Position numbers and translations under genes: made by a program. A DNA stretch of 64,000 bases from Eledone cirrhosa. Lineage: Eukaryota. The notes below the pieces were generated by a model. The model ran no database searches. It was given only the letters and a program-made list of their open reading frames with translations, and had not been told where the DNA came from. Positions within the stretch are counted from its first letter, which is position 1, and each line of letters opens with the position of its first letter. The stretch is taken from NCBI GenBank assembly GCA_964016885.1, contig OZ024747.1, positions 90,520,001 through 90,584,000 of the forward strand, in the 5' to 3' direction. Of the stretch, positions 1 through 13,659 are shown piece by piece.

Positions 1-1520
1 GTGTAACTAGAGTTACTGGTTACTAACAACAGAGCATCAGAACCAGTGTAACTAGAGTTACTGGTTACTAACATCAGAGCCAGTGTAACTAGAGTTACTG
101 GTTACTAACAACAGAGCATCAGAACCAGTGTAACTAGAGTTACTGGTTACTAACAACAGAGCATCAGAGCCAGTGTAACTAGAGTTACTGGTTACTAACA
201 ACAGAGCATCAGAACCAGTGTAACTAGAATTACTGGTTACTAACATCAGAACCAGTGTAACTAGAGTTACTGGTTACTAACATCAGAACCAGTGTAACTA
301 GAGTTACTGGTTACTAACAACAGAGCATCAGAGCCAGTGTAACTAGAGTTACTGGTTACTAACAACAGAGCATCAGAACCAGTGTAACTAGAGTTACTGG
401 TTACTAACATCAGAGCCAGTGTAACTAGAGTTACTGGTTACTAACAACAGAGCATCAGAACCAGTGTAACTAGAGTTACTGGTTACTAACATCAGAACCA
501 GTGTAACTAGAGTTACTGGTTACTAACATCAGAACCAGTGTAACTAGAGTTACTGGTTACTAACAACAGAGCATCAGAACCAGTGTAACTAGAGTTACTG
601 GTTACTAACATCAGAGCCAGTATAACTAGAGTTACTGGTTACTAACAACAGAGCATCAGAACCAGTGTAACTAGAGTTACTGGTTACTAACATCAGAGCC
701 AGTGTAACTAGAGTTACTAGTTACTAACATCAGAGCCAGTGTAACTAGAGTTACTGGTTACTAACATCAGAGCCAGTGTAACTAGAATTACTGGTTACTA
801 ACATCAGAGCCAGTGTAACTAGAATTACTGGTTACTAACAACAGAGCATCAGAACCAGTGTAACTAGAGTTACTGGTTACTAACATCAGAGCCAGTGTAA
901 CTAGAATTACTGGTTACTAACAACAGAGCATCAGAGCCAGTGTAACTAGAGTTACTGGTTACTAACATCAGAGCCAGTGTAACTAGAATTACTGGTTACT
1001 AACATCAGAGCCAGTGTAACTAGAGTTACTGGTTACTAACAACAGAGCATCAGAACCAGTGTAACTAGAGTTACTGGTTACTAACATCAGAGCCAGTGTA
1101 ACTAGAATTACTGGTTACTAACATCAGAGCCAGTGTAACTAGAATTACTGGTTACTAACAACAGAGCATCAGAACCAGTGTAACTAGAGTTACTGGTTAC
1201 TAACATCAGAGCCAGTGTAACTAGAATTACTGGTTACTAACATCAGAGCCAGTGTAACTAGAGTTACTGGTTACTAACAACAGAGCATCAGAACCAGTGT
1301 AACTAGAGTTACTGGTTACTAACATCAGAGCCAGTGTAACTAGAATTACTGGTTACTAACATCAGAGCCAGTGTAACTAGAGTTACTGGTTACTAACAAC
1401 AGAGCATCAGAACCAGTGTAACTAGAGTTACTGGTTACTAACATCAGAACCAGTGTAACTAGAATTACTGGTTACTAACATCAGAACCAGTGTAACTAGA
1501 GTTACTGGTTACTAACATCA
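1..1520. repeat. Tandem satellite of mixed 37-bp and 45-bp units (runs off window start)
   Basis: Unit ga(a/g)ccagtgtaactaga(g/a)ttactggttactaacatca (37 bp) and a variant with an aacagagc insertion (45 bp), repeated with near identity; ends abruptly at 1520. Confidence 0.98.
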
Positions 1521-4326
1521 AAGTAAATAAGGTGAAATGTAATTAAAGGGAAGCTGGCATAAGACATCTCAGAGAGAATGGATCCTAGTTTATCCTCTCT
1601 GAGACTTTCTAGTGAATCTCTTGCCTTATAGTATATCCTTAATATATGTTTCTGTTATTTATTCAGTACATACCCCCCTATAATTTCTTAATTCCAAAGA
1701 TTAATGCAATTTTTCCCTGGCAACCTGATATTGCAAATCTTTTCTCACAGACCAACACACTGACTCCTGTAACCTGCAAGTGGTATGAAATGCCCCCAAT
1801 TTTCAGTTGTACTTCAGATCTATTAAATCATCTATTCTTCTTAGTTTGCTCTTATTATTCTTATGGGAGAAAAAGAAAGAGAATGGATATGAGGTGACGT
1901 GTAGGTTGGGGTAGATAGATACATTGAGAAATTGAAATTCAGAGGCAGAGATTGAGAAAAAGAAAGAGACGATTTATTATCAGCATTAAGTCCACTAGTG
2001 AATAGAAAGGTTGTCAGGAAAATGTATTCTCCATCTTGTAATAATTGTACTAAAATCTATTTTGTCAATGGTCCATCAAACCAACTGGTGAATAGTAGTG
2101 ACATTAATGAGTTATTCATTGATTGTGTGAAACACTGACCAACTTCTCTCTTAATTAGTTTCTCTTGCTTGAATCAAATCACATAGATAATTGCTTTTAT
2201 GTCATGTATGACATAAAACTGGGGTTAAAATTAGATTATTGCTTAGCGCAAGGTCTTTAAACTTTCAGTGCTTAATTTGGATAAGTCTAAGTAGATAGAT
2301 GTGTAAATCAAATGACAATAAAGTTTGCTGTTTAACAGATGAAATACATTAATATGTTTAAAGGATATGTAAAACATATCAGTTAATGTTTTAAACAGCT
2401 CCAAAATTTATTGCCATAAGATTCTCATTTTTGTTTTTAAAGGTGCATAATTGATATTCTAAAATAACTACTTTGAACATAATTTATGTATTGAAGAATT
2501 GAGAATAGCAACAATAGGGTTGTAAAGGAGAGCGGTGGTTTCTTTAAGTTCTGGAGAATGAACTCTACAGATAATGAACACAACCACAAGGATATGGTCC
2601 GAACGTAGAAGAGCTGAACTCCCATTGTCATCGCCTCCATCTCTCTCGTCCTCCCCAATCTGCTGAAAAATGTCAAAGTGCAAAGTGCATGAAGAAAACT
2701 TTTTAATGTTATGATAGAAAATTACATGAAAGGATTTCTGAAAATCCAAAAAGACTCTTTTAATACATTGGCATATTTGGGCATTTATAACCCTTTCCCC
2801 TACTTTCTTATACAGACAGATCTGCCCTTCTTTACGCCTTACCCCTTTTCTTCATTGCTTGGTTTTGTTTTTACCTTTATGTTTTCTTTTTCTTTCATAT
2901 TTCCATCAATGATACACTTGAATATTCAATGTAACACTAATTTGTGTAGTGAGTACTACTTTTATTTTAACTTAAATGTGTTCAATATTTGAATAAACTA
3001 CAGAAACAAGCAAAAATATTGTAATGTTATTTATACAACTGTGAATTGATTTGTTAAAAATAAACTATCTCATTGATACAAAGAACTAGAAGATAGTAAA
3101 TAGAATTATTTTACAGTTTTGAAACTTTGGAAATTTGTTTAATTGAAACAATAGTAAACATTGAAATACTAAAAGAAAATGGAAATTCATATTCCAGAAC
3201 ATTTAAGTTTAACATAAGAATTCTCCTCTGATATTTTGACATATAATTACTATAAATCTATCATTAAAGTATAATTTTTTTTATTGTAATCATATTATTT
3301 GTTTTACTATCAAAGACAACCTTTATATAGCTGCGATTACAGATGTCTATAGCTAAGGATATGAACTCTTAAATTTATCGTCAATATTCTAGCTGATTAA
3401 TTCTAAGATTGTTTTAATATCTAATAAGTATATTTTATCTTCTGAATTATGATAAAAACTGAAGTTAATTGTTTGATGATGAAATACAGTATTGTGAATG
3501 TTACAATTTGTAAAATTGTTAACGAGAACTCCTTTCTATACATATTTAGCAATATATTCTTTTGAGGAATTGGAAAGATGTATTCTATAATCTACTGTTT
3601 ATCATTCTCAGACATATAAGTTATGATTATGAATCAATCTTGTTAAGAGATTTAAGAAAATCCAGTTAAAATTACATGAGAAATCTCTATAAGATAGTTG
3701 AAGCAACTTGTTTTCATGTGATTGGAAACATTTATCTATCTAAGATATCTTAGAATAAGGACAAGCCTAATATAGAATACGTTTCATTACTAATAATTAG
3801 CATTATTAACAGTTTAATAATTAGCTAGTTGAAATACAACTATTACATTTATAGTTTTATTCTTATTACAGCCAACTTATTGTGCACCCAACTAAATGAA
3901 AATAATCCTTCTTGAATCAATCTCACTAGCTGTAGATAGGTTCCATTTAAACTTCACTGTCAAGAGATTGGTATCAAACACATTTCTAGCTGCAAAACGA
4001 TTTGCTTCAATAATATCTAGATATCCATAATTTACTCTACATAAAGATATGTATGTAAAAAAAAATTATAAAATCAAAATTCTCTCTCATTTTTATTTTT
4101 AAATATAGAAACTGGGTTTACAAAATCTCATATCAGAAGTTATAGCTAAGGATGTTTCATAAGAGGAGAGATATTCAATTTATGGAAAAAAATTATTTCA
4201 TTGCAATTGTGAATTTTCATTAACATTTTAGATACCAACCTGCTTGAAACTTCTTGACTTTTATACAAAACGGCTTATTTTAAAGTGCCTATACTTATAT
4301 TAAAACCTTTTATCATAATGTTTTGT

Positions 4327-4505
4327 TTGGCAGTATCGGTAGAGAGTCGGACGCCATGCTTTCCAGCATAGTTACATCCCTTTACGGTCTGAGTTCAAAT
4401 CGCACCAAGGTTAACTTTGCCTTGCATCCTTACGGGGTCGATAAAATAAAGTACCAGTAATGTACTGGGTATTTGCTGGCCTTGTGCCAAAAGTAAAAAC
4501 AATTA
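4327..4505 (+). mobile_element. tRNA-derived SINE, family 1
   Basis: A-box-like ttggcagtatcggtag, B-box-like gagttcaaatc, central gccttgcatccttacggggtcgataaaataaagtaccag, tail gctggccttgtgcc; more than 12 homologous copies in the window. Confidence 0.9.
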
Positions 4506-5934
4506 TTTTATGTTATATTTCGAACATAAGTTGATTAATGAAAACTTTGTTATTTTACTAAATTCTTCCAAATTCTTGATTTTCAAAATGAATCAAAACA
4601 TTTAAGCAGTTGTCTTTCATTAGAAATATGGCAATGAAAGTGTTAACAGAATGCTGATATATAAAGTTATATAGGGATTTGATGTTAATAACTTCCCTTC
4701 TTTGTCATTTGTAATAACTAAAGTAGTAACCATTCTCAAACACATTTCACCAGTGTAATTAATTGTATATGGAATTAATGTTGCTAAAAGCTTAAGTAAA
4801 AATAGCCCCAACCCAAAAAGAAAACACTTACACACAGCCACATTTATATATATATATGTGTGTGTGTGTATGTGTGTGTGTATAAAACCAAAGCAAAACA
4901 AATCATCATTAATTGTTGATAAAACTTATTTTAAATAAATCAATTCTGATGTTTAAAGCTGTTCTGAAGAAATCTGAGGGTACATATTGATATTTTTCCA
5001 CTTAGGTAGACCGAGACAAGCAGAGTAAATAATATGTCATGTTTAAGAGACCAATGGGATGTGTTAAGTAGGTTTTGAGACCATGAAATCAGAGTAAATA
5101 GTGGTGCAGCTTTACCACTCAACAATTGAAAGTCTTCATGTGACTGACAAAGCTGCGAAAACAAAAACAAAAATAAATAAATGAATAAATAAAGTAATTC
5201 CCAGAAAAAATATATTCATTGAGAAAATATTCCTGCAAAAAAAAAAATAATAATTAAATAAAAACTCTAACAGATTCTCAAGATTGAATCTGATAAGAAA
5301 TACTAAATGGATTAATGATGGAAAACCTGCTGGACAGTTAGCATAACCATATTTTGTTGTCTACAAGGAGACTCCTAATTCTAAACAAATTATATAAAGT
5401 AATAAGAATTCACCAGTGACATCATTATTATATGTAATTTATTAACTTAATGAAAATATTATTCTACTTAATTCTCTGTCATTTGTACTTAGTGAAGTAT
5501 TAAGCATTCCTAAAAAAAGTTACTGTGGGTAATAATTAATATAAATCTTCAGAGTGGAAATCCAATTTACCTGTTTTATTTCTTCTTGTTTTCTCTTCAA
5601 CTTACTATGGAGACTGCGATAAAAACAATCTTTTACTCTTACTAGATATAACTTGAGGTCACTATCTCCTGAGATTTGACATTCCATAGACGTATGGCTA
5701 AAACTATTCATAAGAACTTTGCTACAGAACTTTGGGAAAATAAGCAAGAATATTGTTCTTAATCAGTGTAACCATAAGTTAATAAGAATATACAGCTTTC
5801 AAATTATAGTTATAAGTATTGTAGTCCCTCATAGATTTCCTTGAGGATGAACAAGGAGGATAGTAATGAAACATTTATTAAATAAAGCATATATTAGCAC
5901 AGACATTTTAAAACACTCACACACACACACACGT

Positions 5935-6115
5935 GCCATCATCACCATCACCATCACCATCACCATCATAATAGCATCATCATCATCATCATCACCATCA
6001 TCATAATAACATCATCATCACCATCATCGTCACCATCATAATAATAGCAACATCCTTCTCCTCCTCATCATCATCATCATCATAATCACCATCATCATCA
6101 TCATCATCATCATCT
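5935..6115. repeat. (CAT/CAC)n microsatellite
   Basis: Directly visible trinucleotide tract. Confidence 0.95.
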
Positions 6116-6141
6116 TAATAACTTTTTTCATGGTTATGGAT

Positions 6142-6304
6142 TAGTCATGGGCAAACTGGGGCCCACTAGCCGCATGTGGCCCATTGATTTTCTGAATGTC
6201 ACGCCTAATTTCAAAATTGCTTTGAACATTTTAGTAGTGGGGCCCATCTTATAAAGAGTCACATCCTATGCGGCCCACTGCTTGAAAAGGGTTGTCCAGG
6301 CCTG
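6142..6304. mobile_element. hAT (Charlie-like) non-autonomous DNA transposon/MITE
   Basis: Imperfect TIRs tagtcatgggcaaac ... ggttgtccaggcctg; subterminal ggccc/gcggccc motifs typical of Charlie-type MITEs; 8-bp TSD degenerate. Confidence 0.65.
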
Positions 6305-6561
6305 TTTTACATGGTTATGTCTACCATGGCTGCGTGGCTGAATGATGGCGCGTGGCTGAGTTCGATTTGATGAAAGTCGATCGACTGTCGATGTCTGCCA
6401 TACAACATACTGCAATTCATCTTAATCCTGACATCTTATATCAAAGGTACTCACAACAACATAAAAACCCGCTCATTCACTTACTTCACCATTGCTACCT
6501 GCTATTGTTAGGACATAATTGTTCATTTACTTCACATGTCCATAATACCAGTTAGCATGTA

Positions 6562-6835
6562 GGAGGCACATGGCCTAGTGGTAGGGGTGTTGGACTTATG
6601 ATCATAATGTTGTGGGTTAGATTCCTGGGTTGGGTTGCGTGTTGTGTTCTTGAGCAAAACACTTCATTTCACATTGCTCCAGTATACTCAGCTGAAAATG
6701 AGTACAGCAATAACTGGGGGTTTAACCCTGTGATGGACTAGTGTCATGTCCAGGAGGAAGTCTTGTACTCTCAGTCACTTCATGCCATGGAAACTGGGAT
6801 AAGCACCTGCCTAACAAGCCAGACTTTTAGATCTT
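6562..6835 (+). mobile_element. tRNA-derived SINE, family 2
   Basis: tRNA-like head ggaggcacatggcctagtggtag...ttagattcctggg, then ttcttgagcaaaacacttcatttcacattgctccag; homologous to 10315(-), 15085, 38150, 43246. Confidence 0.9.
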
Positions 6836-7170
6836 TAGATGTATGCCATACACTAGTTGATGCCTATAATATTCAGTCACTCTCAGCTTACTTGTGATCC
6901 ACATTTCATACAAATTATCATTGTACAACCAACAGATCATATTCAATTCTTTTCCTGTTTTACACCACATATTTTATGTATCCAATGCTTATGTCTCACA
7001 ATCATACACCCTTACCTTTTTTTTATCTTTCTTACACTGTATCTTTTTCATAGTGTGGACACAGCTATATTTTTCCTAAACTTCTTGACACTTTCTACAT
7101 TGCTTTCATTACAACTATCTTGACACATTGGTTAGGTAGACTAGCTAACAACCAACTATCAGCTACTGAA

Positions 7171-7399
7171 TTAATCCTTTAGCATTCATATTACTCTATA
7201 TATACTATTGTATTTTTGTGGTAAAGGCTTTATCTCACATAATTATCTCACATAATATCGAATCTATGAGATTTTTATGTTATTTATTATGATAACAATA
7301 CCTTAACATCATTTTCTGCAGCTGATTATGACCACTTTGAACAGAAAGAGTTGAAAGAATTCTGGCCAGATATGGCCGGTTTAAAGGCTAAAGGGTTAA
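7171..7399. mobile_element. piggyBac-type MITE (~225 bp)
   Basis: ttaa|tcctttagc ... gctaaaggg|ttaa: TIRs with TTAA at both ends; six copies in the window. Confidence 0.85.
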
Positions 7400-7479
7400 G
7401 GTATGAAGACCATATAGAGAGTTGTTATACTGAGTCATGAGTTAAGTACTATCCCTACCTTCCATTTCTTGAGTGCTAC

Positions 7480-7950
7480 CACCAGCTCTGCTTCTACACC
7501 ATTCTCAGCATCAATTAGAGTGACTTCATTACCAGAATTGAAGTTCTCAAAAAGAAGGTGACGGTTACTAACATTGTGGCCACGTTGCTACACAGCAGCA
7601 CTGGGTAAGTTGATATATTCCCTGAATTGAGGATCATTACATGTTTTTGATTGTTGTGTTGTATGGCAAACTCTTTCCTGGTCGCCATTGTAAGAGAGGA
7701 GCACTGAAGAAAAGATAAAAGTTTCTCTGAAGAGCCCTCTTGGTGCATGTCACACTGACCATCGTCATTGGAATACTATTGTACCTGATTGGAAGGTTTA
7801 GTGATGTATATTCACCAGCTTTCTCCTCCTTTGAAAAATGCATGCAGAGTTAATTTTGAGAACAAAAGGAGTTGAAAGAAGACCTCTGTCAGAACAAAAA
7901 TGAATTTGGAACTGCATTTCATTAGCCAACATTGAATATGTGGTAGATGA
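7480..7950 (-). mobile_element. Decayed LINE AP-endonuclease fragment (RTE-like)
   Basis: Frameshifted minus translations SLNLPIRYNSIPMTMVSV...NFY and VLLCSNVATMLVTVTFF resemble APE motifs (TIVSVYAP...FY; LLxFC...LxxTNTFF). Confidence 0.5.
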
Positions 7951-8188
7951 AGGCAGCCTCTTTTTCAATCATTGTTTGTGACGTAAAGCCAAAAATATAT
8001 ATAAGCCGAAATATATATAGCAGTAATAAACGAAGTAATAAACGAAGCCAAATTGTAAATATTCGATTTATTTATTTTATTTTACATTACTCCAGAGTAA
8101 CCAAACCAACCTGCGCACTTCGTTGAGTGCTCAAATCTGCATACTGAAGTGACGGTAAACAACCAACATATACTCAAAATATATATAT

Positions 8189-8255
<67 letters not shown>

Positions 8256-8638
8256 TAAAGCTTTAAGCAATATTGTTATGCTTTGGGAGGGTCATGTTGC
8301 CAATAAGAAACACACGCACCAGTTGCTTTCACTTTTCTTATTGGCAACATGTCCCTCCCAAAGCATAACAATATCGGTTTCAACACACGTTTTCAGATAA
8401 AGAATCTTGCTAAACAAATTCAGAAACGAAATATATATATATGTATATATATATAGTGCATGGAAAAAATATATATATTTTTTCAAATGGCTAAGAAATC
8501 AAATGATTCAATTTATAATAATTTGTTACAAAATGGATACCTTACAGTGTTATGTTTCATTACATCGTTATTTTTGCAATGGTATAAAAAATAGTGGTGT
8601 ATGCCTCCTGTGTTTGTGTTTGTTTATCTGTGTGTGTA

Positions 8639-8670
<32 letters not shown>

Positions 8671-9910
8671 TGTGTGTGTATGTGTGTGTGTGTGCATGTG
8701 TGTGAATCTGTGAGTGTGTTTGTGTGTGTGTACAAGTATGCACATATAGTGTCTAAAAAACATGTATAGACATTTTATGGTATCATATTTATTATACAGT
8801 AATTCAAACATATGCTATACATAGTGAACAGAGAATCAGTTGATTGTGAAAATAGATTAGAACACTTCAATCTTTTTTTTCTTCATTGACTTTTTTTTTC
8901 TGTTTGGCAGACGATGATTTTGTATAAACAAGAAGGACTGTATGTCCAATATTTGTAAAAGAAAAATGGATATGAAAGAACTACTTCACTGTGAAATTAA
9001 GAATGTATTTGAAGTTTAGAGATATTAGTAGCAGGAATTTGAAACAGAGTTTTAAATGATTTTGCCACTTTAGGCATTTGCCCAGGAGGCTGGGTGGGGG
9101 TGAGGGTGGGGGTAACTAAGTTGTAATGTTAGCAGGAGGGACTACATAACAAAGCATGAAGACACTACATATCAGTATTTATATCAGAATCTAAGGACAC
9201 TAAGTGGATTCAACTATAAATTTCTTTCAGGCTTTAAATATTCCTTCATCCTCTGTAATTTCGTTATGGAATCTCTGACTTTTATATTCTCTCTGCTGTT
9301 TTTATTCCATATTAATAATATAAGGCTTTTAAATCAACTCAATTACTTCATTCCCTATCTGTTTGAAGTGAGATAGATACTCATTTTGTATGTATTTCAT
9401 GTCTTTTTCAAACTGCCCAATCAAACGTGAGCTGTTATCAGATTTAAACTACTTTTCAATAAATATGTGGATAGATTGAAAGTCTTGTCTGGCACACTTA
9501 ACTCCAACATGTAAGATCAACTAAGAGTCTATATGTACTTAGTGTTTGCTGAATATCCTTAATTCATTGCAACATGTTTTATTGTAAAAACTGCAAGTGT
9601 CTTTTATGGTTATGAAGACAGAAAAGGAAGGGAAAGGCAATGGCTCTAGGATCACAGAAGAATTGGAGGGGAAAGGTTCTAGACCAGTGGTATTTCACCT
9701 TCTAGAAGCCTTTATAGAGCAACTACTGCTGCTGTTCCTACTGTTGATATCTAGTAACACAAAGTTACTTTAGAATCAACACAAAAGTTATTGTTGTGTT
9801 GGTTTTCTTTTAATGCCAGAAGATGAAGTAAACTTCTAAAATAAGGTATCAGTACTTTCTAGAGTTCTAAACAATTTAGTTTGAATATTAGAACTCACTA
9901 GGGAAGTAAA

Positions 9911-10102
9911 TTGGCAGTATTGGTAGAGTATCGGACATGCTTTATGGCATAGGGTTATGTCCCTTTATGATCTGGGTTCCTGCCAAGGTTAGTTTTGCCT
10001 GTCATCCTTACAGTTCCTATAAAATAAAGTACCAGTAATGCACTGGTTTGAATTCCCTTCTCCCAAAATTGTTGGCCTTGTGCCTAAATCAGAAACCAAT
10101 AT
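9911..10102 (+). mobile_element. SINE family 1
   Basis: Homologous to the 4327 copy. Confidence 0.85.
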
Positions 10103-10314
10103 TAGAGCTCACTACATCAATTGAAACCAAATTCAATTCATGTGAACAACAGTGCATAAAGAATGGAGTTGAAGGAACTGCCCAACCTTTATTTTAAGAC
10201 CAGATATTTTAATTGACATGATTTTTGTATCATCGTAAAAATTAACCCAAACAGATAATTATTGACTGGTAAAAAAATGTTGAAAAAAATCTGTCTTTGC
10301 TGCAGGTAGCTCAC

Positions 10315-10584
10315 TAAAGTCTAGTATGTTAGATAGGTGCTTATCTTGGTTTCATGGCGTGAAGTGACTGAGAGTACAAGACTTCCCCCTGGATAAGACA
10401 CCAGTCCATTGCAGGGTTAACTCCCCCCAGCTATTGCTGGTACTAGTTTTCAGCTAAGTATACTCGAGCAATGTGAAATGAAGTGTTTTGTTCAAGTACA
10501 CAACACAAAACCCAGCCCAGGAATCAAACCCACAACATTATGATTGTAAGTCCAACACCTTTACCACTAGGCCACACGCCTCCA
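10315..10584 (-). mobile_element. SINE family 2
   Basis: Reverse complement of 6562-6835 (ends taccactaggccacacgcctcc). Confidence 0.88.
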
Positions 10585-10633
10585 CAAATAGTTCACTGCA
10601 TTGTATAAATCAACCACTTGTATTATTGTTTAT

Positions 10634-10732
10634 TGTTGACTTTGCCTTTCATCCTTACGGAGTCGATAAAATAAAGTACCAGTAATGAACTGGGTAATTG
10701 CTGGCCTTGTGCCTAAAAGTAGAAACAATTAT
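10634..10732 (+). mobile_element. SINE family 1, 5'-truncated
   Basis: gactttgcctttcatccttacggagtcgataaaataaagtaccag...gccttgtgcc. Confidence 0.85.
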
Positions 10733-11062
10733 TGTTTATTGTTATTTATCACAAGGATAAAGAAAATTTATCAGTTTTGTTGATATCAATAGTAGAATCA
10801 ACAACTATTGCAAAGTACTGGGAAACCTTGATTTCAGTTATTATGTTTGATAGAAGCTGAGATAATAATAGCAGTATCAGATCATTTTATACATGAGGGT
10901 GAAATATGTGGCATTTTAGTCACTCAGTATATGTTGCTCTAGTAATGTATCATCTTTGGCAAACACCTTAATAAGAATTTAAAAAATAATACTCCTGATG
11001 ACCACAGAATACCAATCTTTATTTCCCAAAATAGATAGCCAAATTAAAAATATGGATTAGAA

Positions 11063-11154
11063 TCACCCTACTTTTCATTCTGATGTTACAGAGCTTGTCA
11101 AGACAATTCACCCTACTTTTCATTCTGATGTTACAGAGCTTGTCAAGACAATTC
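11063..11154. repeat. Perfect 45-bp tandem duplication
   Basis: tcaccctacttttcattctgatgttacagagcttgtcaagacaat at 11063 and 11108. Confidence 0.95.
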
Positions 11155-11874
11155 TGTCATTGAACAAACTAAATTTGGTAAGGAAAATATCTTTCTACAT
11201 TTTTTAATGATTTTCGCTCCTTTCGTGTTTTTCTTTTTTTGTTTTTTTTAAAATTATATGTGTATATTCAACCAGTTTTTGGATCACACCAACAATCTGA
11301 CAGATTTGCAAAAAATGCCAACAAGCAATACAACAAAAAACTTAGCTCAAACTCATCAAGCACTGCCAACTCATATCATTATAGTTATCATCATCATCAT
11401 CACCATCATCATCATCATTATTTATCGTCCATTTTCTCTGCTACCAGTTCACTCTGTAAAGTGGTTGATAAGAAAATGGCATTCTACCATAGAAAACTTA
11501 CCATACAAAGAGTCAAGAGGACTCTTTAACTGTATTAAAGATATGGCAACTTCCCTAGTATATGTGCCATGATAAAATGCAATTGGTAGAACACAGTATT
11601 GTATGTAAGCAAGATGCAGGCATCTGGTCCATCTCAGAGATCAGTGGTTTTATATGAGTACTGTCTTGGTCTGTGAAGACCTGTTCAACCTTTGCTAGAT
11701 GTTGATGATTATGTCTGAATGTCTACTAAAGTTTAATCTTGTAGTATTTATGCATATGTATGTTACATGGGCTTCTGCTAAAGTCAGTTTTGCCCCAATC
11801 TGGATCTATCCATCTTGATTAGTGATCTCCCCCGTCTCAGCACCACAGACTCTCTTTCTATACATATATATAAG

Positions 11875-12067
11875 TTTATCCTGGGTTCAATCAGGGATAA
11901 CCACAGTAAGTAAGGTACTCAATACATAGCAGAGTATAAATATTTAATATAGAAATGGCTTCAGGACTAGAACTGTTTCATGCGGGAGAAATCATCAAGA
12001 AGCCCCTGATGATTTCTCCTGAATGAAACAGTTCTAGTCCTGTAGAAGCCATCTCTATATTAAATAT
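11875..12067. mobile_element. Penelope-like terminal-repeat element, family A, fold-back, with degenerate hammerheads
   Basis: Homologous to 42480-42612; inverted arms ~11940-11999 and 12005-12067; plus arm has ctgatga(12006)...gaaacag ttctagtc ctgta; TA-rich on both sides. Confidence 0.8.
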
Positions 12068-12371
12068 ATATATATATGTATGACAAGGGCAAAGTTCTAT
12101 GAATGTTTGGGAGTATCAGTTTTCTGTAAGACACTACACTGAAGCATAGTAAATTACTTGATACAAGCTAATGTGACTCTAGTTTGAGGCCCAGATCAAG
12201 GAGTTAGAATGAGTCACAGTAAATAAATTCATATGGTCCGAGATTCTCAGATCATATGAGTTTATTTACAGCCTATCAGTCAAGTAGTTCGAAGCAATTC
12301 ACTTCACCTCTGAGAAAACAACTTCTATTCTATTTTGGATCTAATTATTTAATTATAGGAAGACATAAGGG

Positions 12372-12582
12372 TTATTGATTTGGGGCTCAAGGCCAGTAAT
12401 TTGAAGGGAAGGGGAAAGTCGATTAAATCAACCCCAGTGTATTACTGGTGCTTTATTACTTTATTATATCAACCCCATAAGGATGAAAGGTAAAGCTAAC
12501 TTTGATGGGATTGAACTCGGAATGTAAAGGTCTGTAACTCTATGCCACAAAGAATGTTGTCTGACACTCTACCAATTCTGCA
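12372..12582 (-). mobile_element. SINE family 1
   Basis: Reverse complement of the family 1 pattern (aaccccataaggatgaaagg...ttgaactc...ctctaccaattctgc). Confidence 0.85.
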
Positions 12583-13138
12583 AAAAGACATAATACTATA
12601 ATGTAAGTAATATTATATTATTGGTTTGACATTTGCTGCAGTGCTGTCATTTAATACTAAAATTGTGCTTCACAGCATTGTCACTGTGTACTAAGATACT
12701 ATTTTCAGTCTAGTGAGAATTTGTGATTTTAGATTTAAGTTGGTATTTTTAGACTGTACTTCATTAAATTCATACTAGTGTCATGATACTGTGACTAAGG
12801 ATCAAACTGCTATTTTATGACAGTGTGCTTTTAAGTAAAAGTTAAATACAGGAATAAAAAACTTAATTTCTATATCAATGGAAACAACAGTAGCACTTCT
12901 GTGGATTATTATCAGGAAGAGCCACTATAATAACCTTGTGTACCTTCACAGGCCTCATCTGGCACTTTGGACTTACAAGACACCAAAGAAGACATTTTTT
13001 CCATGAGACATAAATCTTTCAACTGTTATTGATGGACCATCGTTGCTGCCCATACTATATTCTAACCAAGCTTCATTATAAAAGGTGGTATCTGTGCAAA
13101 TGTAGTTTTCACTCTTTACATATGATATATAAATGTAT

Positions 13139-13187
<49 letters not shown>

Positions 13188-13659
13188 TCAACATTTAATG
13201 TCTGTTTTTTTCTGCTAGCACAAGAGTTGGACAGGTTTTCACAGACTGAGGCAGTACTGAAGTAGAACCACACACCTCTCAGATGGGCCAAGAGCTCACA
13301 TATGATCCCATGCTCTACCAAATGCATTTCATCATAACACTAACACTAGAGATGTTGTTATATCTTTGATATATGTTGAAGGATAATCCTGACCTTTGGT
13401 TTCACAGTTTTTCTACAGCTGGATGCATGTCCTATCACCAACCACTGAGTGCATTTTTCACATAGATCACCAACGCAAGGGGGTTTGTTATGTCTTTCTT
13501 CCCAACTAAAAGGTCTTCCTGACCCTTTGTTTTGCAAGCTTTCTATGGCTTTATAGCATGTAATGGATGTGTTTATTGTTTAGATAACTAACACTAGAGG
13601 GTAGCTACTAAAGAGTACTAGTGGAAAGGGAGCACAGGGAGGGGGTCATGTCATATCTA

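Noticed and set aside
58-246. ORF with repeated LLVTSNSSYTGSDA
   Set aside because: Translation of consecutive 45-bp satellite units; 37-bp units break the frame.
1-1520. CRISPR-like array (palindromic ~37-bp repeats)
   Set aside because: No unique spacers, no cas genes, eukaryotic context; the same applies to 39056-39220 and 57750-58096.
2437-2749. Overlapping minus-strand ORFs with an acceptor-like site at ~2663
   Set aside because: Several frames are partly open, there is no recognisable domain and no convincing donor.
6562-6630. tRNA gene-like sequences (also 21187, 43246, 48372)
   Set aside because: They are SINE heads with A/B boxes continuing into repeat bodies; no complete cloverleaf.
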